The translations under genes were made by a program, and so were the position numbers. The notes below the pieces were generated by a model. The model had not been told where the DNA came from and made no database searches. It was given only the letters and a program-made list of their open reading frames with translations. From assembly GCA_964016885.1 (NCBI GenBank), contig OZ024740.1, forward strand, positions 414,904,001 to 414,968,000: a stretch of DNA of 64,000 nucleotides, written 5' to 3'. Numbering within the stretch: position 1 is the first letter of the stretch; every line of letters starts with the position of its first letter. This stretch comes from Eledone cirrhosa (Eukaryota). Shown here piece after piece: positions 1 to 15,837 of the stretch.

Positions 1-3000
1 CTACACATATATATATACACCACCACTACACATATATATACACAATCACTACATATATATACACCACCAATACATATATATACACCACCACTACATATAT
101 ATATACACCAACACTACACATATAAACATCACCACTACATGTATATATACACCAACACTACACATATAAACATCACCACTACATATATATACACCATCAC
201 TATATATATATACACGACCACTACACATATATATACACGACCACTACACATATATACACCACCACTACATATATATACACCACCACTACATATATATACA
301 CCACTACTTCACATATATACACCACCACTACACATATATACACCGCCACTACATATATATACACCATCACTACATATATATACACCACCACTACATATAT
401 ATACACCACCACTAAATATATATACACCACTACTACACACTTATACACCACCACTACACATATATACACCACCACTACACATATATATACATCACCACTA
501 CATATATATACACCACCACTACACATATATATACACCACCACTACACATATATACATCACCACTACACATATATACACCACCACTACATATATATACACC
601 ACCACTACACATATATACACCACCACTACATATATATACACCACCACTACATATATATACACCAGCACTACATATATATACACCACCACAACACATATAT
701 ACACCACCACTACACATATATACAGCAACACTACATATATATACACCAACATTTCATATATATACAGCACCACTACATATATATACACCAACATTTCATA
801 TATATACACCACCACTACACATATATATATATACACCACCACTACATATAAATACACCAACATTTCATATATATACACCACCACAACACATATATATATA
901 CACCGCCACTACACATATATATATACACCACCACTACATATATATACACCACCAATACATATATATACACCACCACTACACATATATACACCATCACTAT
1001 ATATATATACACCACCACTACACATATATATATACATGACCACTACATATATATACACCACAACTAGACATATATACACCACCACTACATATATATACAC
1101 CACCACTACATATATATACTCCACCACTACATATATATACACCACTACTTCACATATATACACCACCACTACACATATATACACCACCACTACATATATA
1201 TACACCACCATTACATATATATACACCACCACTACATATATATACACCACCACTACACATATATATACACCACCACTACATATATATCCACCACCACTAC
1301 ATATATATCCACCACCACTACATATATATCCACCACCACTACATATATATACACCGCCACTACATATATATACACCACCACTAAATATATATACACCACT
1401 ACTACACATATATACACCACCACTACACATATACACCACCACTACACATATATATACATCACCACTACATATATATACACCACCACTACACATATATATA
1501 CACCACCACTACACATATATACATCACCACTACACATATATACACCCCCACTACATATATATACACCACCACTACACCTATATACACCACCACTACATAT
1601 ATATACACCACCACTACATATATATATACACCACCACTACATATATATACACCACCACAACACATATATACACCACCACTACACATATATACACCACCAC
1701 TACATATATATACACCACCACTACACATATATACAGCACCACTACATATATATACACCAACATTTCATATATATACACCACCACTACATATATATACACC
1801 ACCACTACACATATATATACACCACCACTACGTATATATACACCAACATTTCATATATATACACCACCACTACACATATATATATACACCACCACTACAT
1901 ATATATACACCAACATTTCATATATATACACCAACACTACACATATATATATACACCACCACTACACAAATATATACACCACCACTACATATATATACAC
2001 CACCAATACATATATATAAACCACCACTACACATATATACATCACCACTACATATATATACACCACCACTACACATATATACACCATCACTATATATATA
2101 TACACCACCACTACACATATATATACACGACCACTACACATATATACACCACCACTACATATATATACACCACCACTACATATATATACACCACCACTAC
2201 ACATATATATAAACCACCACTACATATATATCCACCACCACTACATACATATCCACCACCACTACATATATATCCACCACCACTACATATATATACACCA
2301 CCACTACATATATATACACCACCACTAAATATATATACACCACTACTACACATATATACACCACCACTACACATATATACACCACCACTACACATATATA
2401 TACATCACCACTACATATATATACACCACCTCTACACACATATACACCACCACTACATATATATACACCACTACTTCACATATATACACCACCACTACAC
2501 ATATATACACCACCACTACATATATATACACCACCACTACATATATATACACCACCACTACATATATATACACCACCACTACACATATATATACACCACC
2601 ACTACATATATATCCACCACCACTACATATATATCCACCACCACTACATATATATCCACCACCACTACATATATATACACCACCACTACATATATATACA
2701 CCACTACTACACATATATACACCACCACTACACATATATACACCACCACTACATATATATACACCACCACTACATATATATACACCACCACTACATATAT
2801 ATACACCACCACAACACATATATACACCACCACTACACATATATACACCATCACTACATATATATACACCACCACTACACATATATACACCACCACTACA
2901 TATATATACACCACCACTACACATATATACAGCACCACTACATATATATATACACCAACATTTCATATATATACACCACCACTACATATATATACACCAC

Positions 3001-6000
3001 CACTACACATATATATACACCACCACTACATATATATACACCAACATTTCATATATATACACCACCACTACACATATATATATACAACACCACTACATAT
3101 ATATACACCAACATTTCATATATATACACCACCACTACACATATATATATACACCACCACTACACATATATATACACCACCACTACATATATATACACCA
3201 CCAATACATATATATACACCACCACTACACATATATACATCACCACTACATATATATACACCACCACTACACATATATACACCATCACTATATATATATA
3301 CACCACCACTACACATATATATACACGACCACTACACATATATACACCACCACTACATATATATACACCACCACTAGACATATATACACCACCACTACAT
3401 ATATATACACCACCACTACACATATATACACCACCACTACATATATATACACCACTACTTCACATATATACACCACCACTACACATATATACACCACCAC
3501 TACATATATATACACCACCACTACATATATATACACCACCACTACATATATATACACCACCACTACACATATATATACACCACCACTACATATATATCCA
3601 CCACCACTACATATATATCCACCACCACTACATATATATCCACCACCACTACATATATATACACCACCACTACATATATATACACCACTACTACACATAT
3701 ATACACCACCACTACACATATATACACCACCACTACACATATATATACATCACCACTACATATATATACACCATCACTACACATATATATACACCACCAC
3801 TACACATATATACATCACCACTACACATATATACACCACCACTACATATATATACACCACCACTACATATATATACACCACCACTACATATATATACACC
3901 ACCACAACACATATATACACCACCACTACACATATATACACCATCACTACATATATATATACCACCATTACACATATATACACCACCACTACATATATAT
4001 ACACCACCACTACACATATATACAGCACCAGTACATATATATACACCAACATTTCATATATATACACCACCACTACACATATATATATACACCACCACTA
4101 CACATATATATACATCACCACTACATATATATACACCACCACTACACATATATATATACACCACCACTACACATATATACACCACCACTAGACATATATA
4201 CACCACCACTACATATATATACACAACCACTACACATATATACACCACCACAACACATATATACACCACCACTACACATATATACACCACCACTACACAT
4301 ATACACCACCACTACACATATATACACCACCACTACACATATATACACCACCATTACATATATATACACCACCACTACACATATATACACCACCGCCACA
4401 CATATATACACCACCACTACATATATATACACCACTACACATATATACACCACCACTACACATATATACACCACCACTACACATATATACACCACCACTA
4501 CACATATATACACCACCACTACACATATATATACACCACCACTACATATATATACACCAACATTTCATATATATACACCACCACTACACATATATATATA
4601 CACCACCACTACACATATATATACACCACCACAACATATATATACACCACCACTACATATATATACACCATCACAACATATATTTATACACCACCACTAC
4701 ACATATATACACCACCACTACACATATATATACACCACCACTACACATATATACACCACCACCACTAGACATATATACACCACCACTACACATATATACA
4801 CCACCACTACATATATATACACCACTACTACACATATATACACCACCACTACACATATATACACCACCACTACATATATATACACGACCACTACATATAT
4901 ATACACCACCACTACATATATATACACCACCACTACACATATATATACACCACCACTACACATATATACACCACCATTACATATATATACACCACCACTA
5001 CACATATATACATCACCACTACATATATATACACCACCACTATATATATATACACCACCATTACATATATATACACCACCACTACACATATATATACACC
5101 ACCACTACACATATATACACCACCACTACACATATATACACCACCACTACACATATATACACCACCACTACACATATATACACCACCACTACACATATAT
5201 ACACCACCACTACACATATATACACCACCACTACACATATATATACACCACCACTACATATATATACACCAACATTTCATATATATACACCACCACTACA
5301 CATATATTTATACACCACCACTACACATATATATACACCACCACAACATATATATACACCACCACTACATATATATACACCATCACAACATATATTTATA
5401 CACCACCACTACACATATATACACCACCACTACACATATATATACACCACCACTACACATATATACACCACCACTACATATATATACACCACTACTACAC
5501 ATATATACACCACCACTACACATATATACACCACCACTACATATATATACACCACCACTACATATATATACACCACCACTACACATATATATACACCACC
5601 ACTACACATATATACACCACCACTACACATATATACACCACCATTACATATATATACACCACCACTACACATATATACATCACCACTACATATATATACA
5701 CCACCACTATATATATATACACCACCACTACACATATATATACACCACCACTACACATATATACACCACCACTACACATATATACACCAACACTACACAT
5801 ATATACACAACCACTACACATATATATACAGCACCACTACACATATATACACCACCACTACACATATATACACCAGCACTACACATATATACACCAGCAC
5901 TACACATATATACACCAGCACTACACATATATACACCACCACTACACATATACACCACCACTACACATATATACACAACCATTACATATATATACACCAT

Positions 6001-6700
6001 CACTACACATATATACACCACCACCACACATATATACACCACCACTACATATATATACACCACTACACATATATACACCACCACTACATATATATACACC
6101 AACATTTCATATATATACACCACCACTACACATATATATACACCACCACTACATATATATACACCACCAATACATATATATACACCACCACTACATATAT
6201 ATATACACCACCACTACACATATATATACATGACCACTACACATATATACACCACCACTACATATATATACACCACCACTACACATATATACACCACCAC
6301 TACATATATATACACCACCAATACATATATATACACCACCACTACATATATATATATACCACCACTACACATATATATACATGACCACTACACATATATA
6401 CACCACCACTACATATATATACACCACCACTACATATATATACACCACCACTACATATATATATACACCACCACTACATATATATACACCACCACTACAT
6501 ATAGATACACCACCACTACATATATATCCACAACCACTACATATATATACACCACCACTACATATATACAGCACCACTACATATATATACACGATCACTA
6601 CACATATATACACCACCACTACACATATATATACACCACCACTACACATATATACATCACCACTACACATATATACACCACCACTACATATATACACCAC
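1..6700. repeat. Minisatellite, ~21-23 bp unit (CACCACCACTACACATATATA)n with larger internal block duplications
   Basis: Directly visible tandem unit; + strand almost free of G; diagnostic variants such as ACCAACATTTCATAT recur in blocks. Confidence 0.97.
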
Positions 6701-8550
6701 ATACACCATCAGCATTACACACACATACACCATCACCATTACACACACATACACCACCACCATTATATATACACCACCACCATTACACACACATACACCA
6801 TTGGCATTACACACACATACACCATCACCATTACACACACATACACCACCACCATTACACACACATACATCATCATCATTACACACACATACACCATCAC
6901 CATTACACACACATACACCACCACCATTACACACACATACACCACCACCATTACACACACATACACCACCACCATTACACACACATACATCATCACCATT
7001 ACACACACATACACCACCACCATTACACACACATACACCACCACCATTACACACACATACACCACCACCATTACACACACATACACCACTACCATTACAC
7101 ACACATACACCACCACCATTACACACACATACATCATCACCATTACACACACATACACCACCACCATTACACACACATACACCACCACCATTACACACAC
7201 ATACATCATCACCATTACACACACATACACCACCACCATTACACACACATACACCACCACCATTACACACACATACACCATCACCATTACACACACATAC
7301 ACCATCACCATTACACACACATACACCACCATCATTACACACACATATACCATCACCATTACACACACATACACCATCACCATTACACACACATACACCA
7401 CCATCATTACACACACATATACCACCACCATACACCACCACCATTACACACACATACACCACCACCATTACACACACATACACCAACACCATTACACACA
7501 CATACACCATCACCATTACACACACATACACCATCACCATTACACACACATACACCACCACCATTACACACACATACACCATCACCATTACACACACATA
7601 CACCACCACCATTATATATACACCACCACCATTACACACACATACATCATCACCATTACACACACATACACCACCACCATTACACACACATACACCATCA
7701 CCATTACACATACACCACCACCATTACACACACATACACCACCACCATTACACACACATACACCACCACCATTACACACACATACACCACCACCATTACA
7801 CACACATACACCATCAGCATTACACACACACACACATACACCACCACCATTACGCACACATAAACCACCACCATTACGCACACATAAACCACCACCATTA
7901 CACACACATACACCACCACCATTACACACACATACACTACCACCATTACACACACACATACACCATCACCATTACACACACATACACCACCACCATTATA
8001 CACACATACACCACCACCATTACACACACACATACACCATCACCATTACACACACATACACCACCACCATTATACACACATACACCACCACCATTACACA
8101 CACATACACCACCATTAGACACACATAAACCACCACCATTACACACACATACACCATCACCATTATACATACACCATTACACACACATACACCACCACCA
8201 TTACACACATACACCACCACCATTACACACACATACACCACCACCATTACACACACATACACCATCACCATTACACACACATACACCATCACCATTACAC
8301 ACACATACACCACCACCATTACACACACATACACCATCACCATTACACACACATACACCACCACCATTACACACACATACACCACCACCATTACACACAC
8401 ATACACCACCACCATTACACACACATACACCACCACCATTACACACACATACACCATCACCATTACACACACATACACCATCACCATTATACATACACCA
8501 CCACCATTACACACACATACACCACCACCATTACACACACATATACATAT
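6701..8550. repeat. Minisatellite, 24 bp unit (CACCACCACCATTACACACACATA)n
   Basis: Directly visible tandem unit, with an abrupt switch from the 21-bp unit near 6700. Confidence 0.97.
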
Positions 8551-9689
8551 AAACAAAAGTCTTGCTGGAATATTGTCTTATTTCTTTTGGTTTATTATAT
8601 TTATTCTATTTTTTAATCTTAACCTGAAAGAATAGCACTACTTTAAAGATGACAGAATGGTAAGAGTTAGATGTAAAGTGACTTTAGTGTCTGAAGCTGA
8701 CTCTGAAGTAGTTTTAATGAGGGATGGCATGAAAGAATTATCTCTTCATTTCACAGCAGCAACACAAACTCTCGTTAACAAACACAAACAAGAACAAATA
8801 TTTAAAAAAAAAAAAGAGACACAAACAATAAAAATAATAATAAAGGAAGAAAAGAATTCTTTGGAGTTAGAGAAGTCAATCAAATTCAAGAGATCATAAA
8901 TTGAGAATTAATTCTGCCAAGTTTAAATCTAAAAGAAAGACTCCCTTACTACTACTACTACTATTACTACTAACACTAGTCTCACCAGCAACTACCACCC
9001 ACACCCCTGCCTCCTCCCTTCTGCTACTAAATCTAATACAAAAGGTTTGAATATGAAAACATAGAGAGCCATTATGAAATATATTGATAATATAACAAAA
9101 AATGAACAATATATAGAGCTCTATATCTATATGTGTGTGTTCACGTGTGTTCAGAGTGAAAATAGACACAGACTTGGCTGCGTGCTTAAAGAAGTTTACT
9201 TTGCTGCAATTATACTGTTCCTAATTCCATGCAACTGTGTGGAACCTTGGCCAGGAAAGTATTTTCTACCATAACCCCAAATTCTCTGATCTGCCCATGA
9301 TACAGGAAAGAGAGCAAATAACTGAAGCTAATGAAAATCAAGAATTAACTTCACCATACGATGGTTCAAAAGAATACAAGAAAGACAATTGCACTAGGGG
9401 AACAAATTTCAAACCCCCGGAGGTTGTGATGTGCTGAATTCAAAGCATTTTCTGGACACATATTTTGTTCAGGATTGAACATGATTGTCATATTTATCAG
9501 AGTCATATGACTGTGACCTCACAACCCCATCACCCCATTTATAATTATGTTATTTGATACACCTTTTCTCTACAGTAATTGCCTTCTGACTCAGTCTATT
9601 AGTGGTCACTCCTCTCAGGACAGGCTTAACTTGACACTCCTCTCAGGAGGGGCTTAACTTGACAGCTATTTCTACTCATTTCAAAAAGC

Positions 9690-10695
9690 TAGATAGGCTA
9701 AAAGACAAAAGTCAGTCTGGAGAAAGAAGATGTGGAAGCTAACAGAACCTACTGCAGATAACAAATTCAGAGAAATCCTACATGGCACCTGATAGTAAGG
9801 AAGAGGAGATGGAGACATATAACAGAGAAAAACTGGGAATTCCTATGGGACAACCTCCTGGAAGCCACAAACCAAGTATGTGGCTGGAGCAAGGTCCCAG
9901 CAAGATGGATGGTGATGTGGTGGTGGAATAAGGTAAATAGAGCTATAAAAACAAAGAGACAAGCCTGGAGAGACTGGAATAATACCAAAGAGAAGAGAGG
10001 CCAGGAAACAGGTATACCTAGCAAGGGCAGAGGCAGAAAAGATGTTTGCACATCTTCGCTATTGTGAAGATTGAGGAGTGAAGTATTTCGGATTGCGAGA
10101 CAGTGTGATAGAGAAAATTGTGAGAAGTATATTTGAAATGATAGTGGAGCACTTGCACTGTCTGATGCCAAAAAGAAAGCAGCATGGAAGACTTACTAAG
10201 AGAGACTGCTGAATGAAGAGAATAAATGGGACAGCAAGGAACTACCCCATGCAGACCCAACTGAGGGACCAGCTATACAAGTTGACAACCATGTGGTAGA
10301 TAAAGTAATTAAAGGCATAGAGGTAGGAAAGGCAGCTGGATCATCTGGTATAGTTGCTGAGATGCTAAAAGTATCTGGCATGGTAGGATATGTGCTAGTC
10401 TGACGTATAGTTAATCAAGTAGTACAGGAAGGTGTCATATGCTATGACTGGTACAGCAGTATCATTGTAAACTGCTACAAGGGCAAAGGAGATGGACTAG
10501 AGAGAAGTAAATACTGAGACATCAAGCTGATGGACCAGGTCATGAAAGTTGCTGAAAGGATTATAGCACAACTAATTATTGAAAAATCAAGTTAAATGAG
10601 ATGCAGTTTGGATATATGCCAGGCAGGGGTCCTACTGATGCTCTCTTTCTGGTGAGACAACTACAGGGAAGGTACTTAGCTAAGATTAAGCCTCT
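9690..10695 (+). mobile_element. Degenerate RTE-clade LINE fragment (region between endonuclease and RT, into RT)
   Basis: Broken frames encode GKAAGSSGIVAEMLK, NCYKGKGD and MQFGYMPGRGPTDALFLVRQLQ; many stops and frameshifts. Confidence 0.85.
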
Positions 10696-10697
10696 CG

Positions 10698-11190
10698 TCT
10701 CCCCTTTTGAAAATTGGGATTATCACTCCCGATTGCCATTTCTTAGGTGCCCTTCCAGAAATCCAGGCTACCCGGCACACACAACTCAGCCAGAGCATAC
10801 TTTCTCTATTTCAGGTTTTTAACATCTCGTGCCAGATAATATCTTCCTCAGCGGCCTTGCCGCATCTGAGCTCTTTGACTGCACTTGTGACCTTAGCCTC
10901 CGAGAGATTAGTCACCACTCCCAGATACAGCTCGTTTACATCAGAAGATGCTGTTGTGTTTGGTTATCTGCAATTTGAAACAACCTCAAGCCAAAGAAGC
11001 CCTCAAATCTGGCAAGTTCAGGGTGACCTACAGGATAAAGTGGGAACAGTTGGTGGATAAGAAAGTCAGGACCAGGTGTGCAGATACTATTGCATCCAAA
11101 TTCAGAGAACTCTTTGAGCAAACTGAGGATGTTGAGACGGACTGGAGATTGTTCAGCTCAGCAGTTTCTGCTTCAACAGTTAAATGATAG
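10698..11190. mobile_element. Rearranged fragments of a second RTE-like LINE family
   Basis: Minus strand 10698-10930 reads AVKELRCGKAAEED..EMLK..W..G.APKKWQSGVIIPIFK; plus strand 10990-11185 reads RIKWEQL..EDVETDWRLFSSAV. Confidence 0.65.
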
Positions 11191-12240
11191 TGTAGGCAAT
11201 CAAATTAGCAGTGGAGGAGAACGTACTGAAAATGTGATAACCAGGATCAGTAGAAGCTGGAAATGATCATACATATATAATGTTACGTGTATCCCAGGTT
11301 TTAGAATAGGTACACCATATCACTGCATGTCATAAGAGGTGACTAAAAGGGTTGGTGTAAGGTAGGGCATCCAGCTGGAAAAACAGTGTCTCAAAACATC
11401 CTGTCCAACTCAATCGTTTTTAGTGTCTCCTCCATGACTGGTAGACCTAGCCAAAAGTGAACTCTGCTAAAAGCACCAAAGGACAAGGTGGTGGTGATAG
11501 ACTGGGTGGTGGATTAAGCCTAGCACCCAAGAAGGCTACAGCATGATTGGAAAACAACACAGAACAAATACAGCATAGCATCTCATCTGACACTTTTAAC
11601 AATTCCCTCAACTCACCTCCTTAGACTGGTATCGATCGCAACAAAAACAAAAGGCAAAGTTGATCCCAGTGGAATTTGAAAATCTCAATAAAAATCTCAT
11701 TATACCATAAATGTTAATATGAGATTTCAGTTGGTCAACACCAACATAATAAAATATCTAGTTACAAAAATATAAATATTGAGTTACAAATATATAAATA
11801 AGTTACAAATACTTTACTGAACACTGCCAAATTCTTGATTATATTGGAATTTAAGTGAAATACATAGACAGTTGTCTACCCATCAGAAATATAGTGATGA
11901 ACAAATTTAATATTTCTTTTGGACTTAGTCAGAATCTGTTGTTTTATTTTTACTGCAGTAAAACCAGCCAACAAGGGAGCCTCTATGTGGTTTCTTAACC
12001 TGCTTGAAATAACAGCCAAAATCCGCTGCCAATCACATCCTACTATCTTTAAAAAATAAAAGGCGAGATAATGGACACTGTAATCTTTGACCCCCCCCCC
12101 CCCTCACGACAAAAAAAAAACAAAAAAAAACAAGAACAACAAAAACATGAGTATGGTTATAATTAGAATGCCATTGATCAGATGTTGTTAACCCAAACAG
12201 AGTTAAACTGAGGCTAAACAATAATTTTAGTGAGATTTCT

Positions 12241-12507
12241 TTAACCCATTAATTATCATACTTCTAATAAAAGACACTGCTCATGATATTAAATAACAAA
12301 GAATTTGGAAGGATTTACTTAATATAACTTTCTCATTATTGAGTTGCTATTTGGAACATAACTTAAAGAGTGGGTGGTTGGGGTGGTATATTGGAAATTA
12401 TAATTTCCACTATAACTTAAAGGTTTTTACATAATATTATGATGGAAGGATTTTAGGTATCATAAAACCAGGAGTAGTTTCAGGAAGTTTGGTATCAAAA
12501 GGGTTAA
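12241..12507. mobile_element. TTAA-flanked piggyBac-type MITE, family B (~265 bp)
   Basis: TTAA-CCC...GGG-TTAA ends; related copies at ~15281-15491, 17093-17350, 18686-19162 and 58048-58515. Confidence 0.75.
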
Positions 12508-13079
12508 GAAATAAGTATTTTTGCTTAAGCTATGCAATCACTTCCAAATTCGCACAATCCCTGACACTAAGAATTCCTTTCTTTTACTCGACTACTGATT
12601 TGAGTTTAGTATTGAATATATTTTGGCATCATATCATGGTTTCTCTCTTTTGGTAGACAGTCTATTCTGAAATCCATATTTTCTATTCTGCACATAAAAC
12701 TGAAGCTTTTTACCCATGACTCAATGTATCATCATCATAATTATTCAATCAAATTGAATATAGATTGAATTGGGCCAATAACATAACTGGTACATATTTT
12801 ATTGACCATGAAGGGATAATAGGCAAAGTGGCGCTTTGTAACATGAACTGGGAACATTTTTTATGGCATCAGTACTACCATCTTACAGGGTTGACTGGAT
12901 GCTTTCTGCTGTGGCACCAGCATGACCACCTTACAGGAGAGACAGGGTGCTTTTTGTTGTAACACCAACACTACTACTGTACAACGTGGACTGGGTGCTT
13001 TGTCATGGCATCAGCACTATGGGAGAGCAAGCAATGTGTTATGGGGGTGACCTTAGATATTATAACTGCTGGCATGCAA

Positions 13080-13290
13080 TAATAATTTCTTACACAGGCA
13101 CAAAGCCACAAATTTGGGGTGTGTGCAAGGAGAAGTCAATTATATCAACCCCAGTACTTGACTGGTACTTTATTTTATTTACCCTGGATGACTGAGGAGC
13201 ATAGTTAACCTCAGCAGGATTGGAACTGTAAAGATAAAGAAATGAAATAAACAGTGTAAATTTTGCTTGGTATGCTAATGATTCAGCCAA
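13080..13290 (-). mobile_element. Older tRNA-derived SINE copy (Nin/Deu-like core)
   Basis: Reverse-complement match to the SINE at 47145-47335. Confidence 0.7.
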
Positions 13291-13297
13291 TGGTTAT

Positions 13298-13513
13298 TTC
13301 ACCCTTTAGCATTTAAACTGGCTGTGTTCAGCCAGAATTTTCGCACCTCTTTCTGTTCAAACCAGCCGTAACTGGCCACTCATACTGATATTAAGGTATT
13401 GTTCTCAAAATAAATAATATCAAAATCTCATAGATTCAGTATTATGTGAGATAAAGCCTTTACTGTGAAAATACAATAGTATATATAGAGTAATGTGAAT
13501 GCTAAAGAGTTAA
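13298..13513. mobile_element. TTAA-flanked piggyBac-type MITE, family A (~225 bp)
   Basis: TIR CCCTTTAGCATT..AATGCTAAAG(A/G)G; one of 8 copies in the window. Confidence 0.88.
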
Positions 13514-13704
13514 ATGTAAAAAATCCGTAAGCTTGTCTAAGCTTTCAAATTTGTCATTTCATTTCCATAAGACTGTAGAATTTTGAAGCATCAAGCGTTA
13601 CTAGCAACTTTATTAAATCGATTCAAATTTAATTTCAAAATTAATTAAACAAACATGGCCACATAATGGTAAAAAGAAAAACTGAATGAAATGAAAATTG
13701 TTAC

Positions 13705-13829
13705 CAGTTTTCTATCATCTCTTTCAATGCATTACATGGGCGTTGGATGATTTCTCCAGCTGCTATGCGGTTGATGACCACTTCATCTAACCTTCGAATT
13801 ACAGTGGGAAGTTTTTCATCAGAAGCCAT
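13705..13829 (-). CDS. MLH1: MLH1 first coding exon (start of GHKL ATPase domain)
   Basis: [41 protein letters not shown](C); phase-2 GT donor at 13704-13703 at the same position as human intron 1; pyrimidine tract and AG acceptor at 13833-13832 just before the ATG, implying an upstream non-coding exon. Confidence 0.95.
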
Positions 13830-14048
13830 TGCTATAATGAAATAATAAGAAATAAAAAAACAATTTAAAATAAAATGGTACTCAGCAAACCAAAGTAAGC
13901 AATAAATAGTAATAGCAAGTACACATACACACAAATACATATATATCACCTTCACCACCAACTTTTAATATCCATTTTACCTGCTAGCAAGGGTATGTAT
14001 GTATGTATGTATGTATGTATATATATGTATGTGTGTATGCATGTATGA

Positions 14049-14090
<42 letters not shown>

Positions 14091-15109
14091 ATGTAGATAC
14101 ATTTATGTCTGATATATATATATGTCTGGGTGAAGGTGAAAGCAGAAATTCTTTGCTTAAACGTTAATCTGTACTAATAATAAATATTTTATTTATACTT
14201 TTTTTTATTATATATATACAATCCTAATCAAGCTCTCTCCAGATTGTGGTCTTCGTAATTATTATTACTATATATACATATATCATTACCATTCTTTTTA
14301 CATCCACTTTTTACCTGTATAAATCAGGACTAGATTTTTTAAGGCATATTTTCTACAGTTGGATGCCCATCCTGACACCAACGCAGAGCTTATTTTTTTA
14401 ATTACATAAATATGTATATGTCATCATTTAATGTCAGTTTTCCCGGCTATTAAAGGTTGGATGAGACTTCACAAACTAAGTCAGTATTTAATTAGAACTT
14501 CCGAACTCTCAGACAGTTGAAGAGTATGCTTTTCATTTACAGATGTTCTCACACTCTACAGAATGCACTGGGTATATTTTATCATGTTACTAGTACTAGA
14601 GAGGTTTTTATGTTTTCAACACAGTTGAATATTCCTTCCATATGTATGAATAAATACTGAAGTTAATTGGAAGGGTTTCCAGTCATGGAAACCATGCAAA
14701 ATTTGGGTCCCTGGCCTGTCGGTGAGGGGACAGTAATTCCAATTAAGACTTGGTCCATGATGATCCACTTAATTCATGCTTGCATGAATCATTTCATGAC
14801 CACTTTTCCATACTTACATGGGCTGCATGGGTCGTTTCTAGTACAGCACAAGCTTCTCTCTTGCTCTGCTCATTACATCTGATTCCTCTTATAACTAGTT
14901 TTTCTCTTACTTCATTCATGCTCCTTCATTTATGCACAAGTAATACTGCTCATTCATCAAAGCAGTACTTGCCTCTATCAACCACTTAAATAGATCCTTC
15001 CTGGGATTGGATGTTCTTACTGCCAACTATCCCTAGACATCTATCACATGCATTCTTGTTTGGGAACTGATTATACTCCATCTTGCAGACATTATTTAAT
15101 TAACTGTTT

Positions 15110-15280
15110 AGACACAAGGTCAGCAATTACCCAGTACATTACTGGTACTTTATTTTATTGACCCTGTAAGGATGAAAGGCAAAGTTAACCTCGGCGGAAT
15201 TTGAACTCAGACTGTAAAGGGACGTAACTATGCTAGAAAGCATGGCGTCCAACCCTCTACCGATACTGCCAATCCACCGT
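15110..15280 (-). mobile_element. tRNA-derived SINE (Nin/Deu-like core)
   Basis: A box TGGCAGTATCGGTAGA, B box GAGTTCAAATTCC and core GCCTTTCATCCTT..TCAATAAAATAAAGTACCAG on the minus strand. Confidence 0.85.
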
Positions 15281-15837
15281 ATTTGAATTAAATAATGAAA
15301 CATTTAGAGAGATTAACTAAAATTATTAATTGTTTCAATATTAAGATAGCATTTATAACAGAAAGAACGAAAGGTTTTATATCAAATTATGTGGTCAGAT
15401 TTTATTTTAAGTAGAGAAACCCTGTAAACTAGGTAGTTTCATTTCATAGAACCAGAAGGGGTTTGGGGCTGGTTGGTATCAAAAGGATTAAAAAAAAGGA
15501 AATAAATGTTAATAATATAATTAGATACATTATTCAATGTTTTCTAATTTTTAAAGAGTCATGGGATAATGCAGTCCTAGCTACAGTGTCTAAAAATAAA
15601 ATATTTTTAATGGGATTATTATGGCTGGAATGCTTTTGATCATAGTTCTTGTTGAAGGGTGATCTGGAACAAAAACAGCGGATTCCTTGTGCAAAAATGA
15701 AATACAAAATTAACAACAAAACTTAGTGACTAATAAATAATTCTGTCGTCATCTGCTTGCAGTGCAATGTTAGGGTATAATTTAGAATAGATTCTTTTAA
15801 TAAAATGGACAAAGGAAGAAGGGTCGTCAACATGATA

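Noticed and set aside
139-8552. 600-720 aa Thr/His/Pro/Tyr-rich ORFs resembling extensin or His-rich structural proteins
   Set aside because: They are translations of a G-poor minisatellite that rarely forms stops. Several frames and both strands are open, and frequent 2-nt indels switch frames.
8620-9200. Possible minus-strand exon (donor-like CAG|GTTAAG near 8623) or MLH1 exon 2
   Set aside because: No MLH1 similarity and stops in all frames checked. It could be a non-coding exon but this cannot be supported without RNA data.
9607-9664. 28-bp direct duplication (also a 19-bp one at 30819-30862)
   Set aside because: Simple local tandem duplications with no further structure.
10698-11190. 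Twin-priming inversion of a LINE (also 45650-45710)
   Set aside because: The segments are not adjacent in element coordinates and lack a 3' tail and TSD, so the mechanism cannot be assigned.
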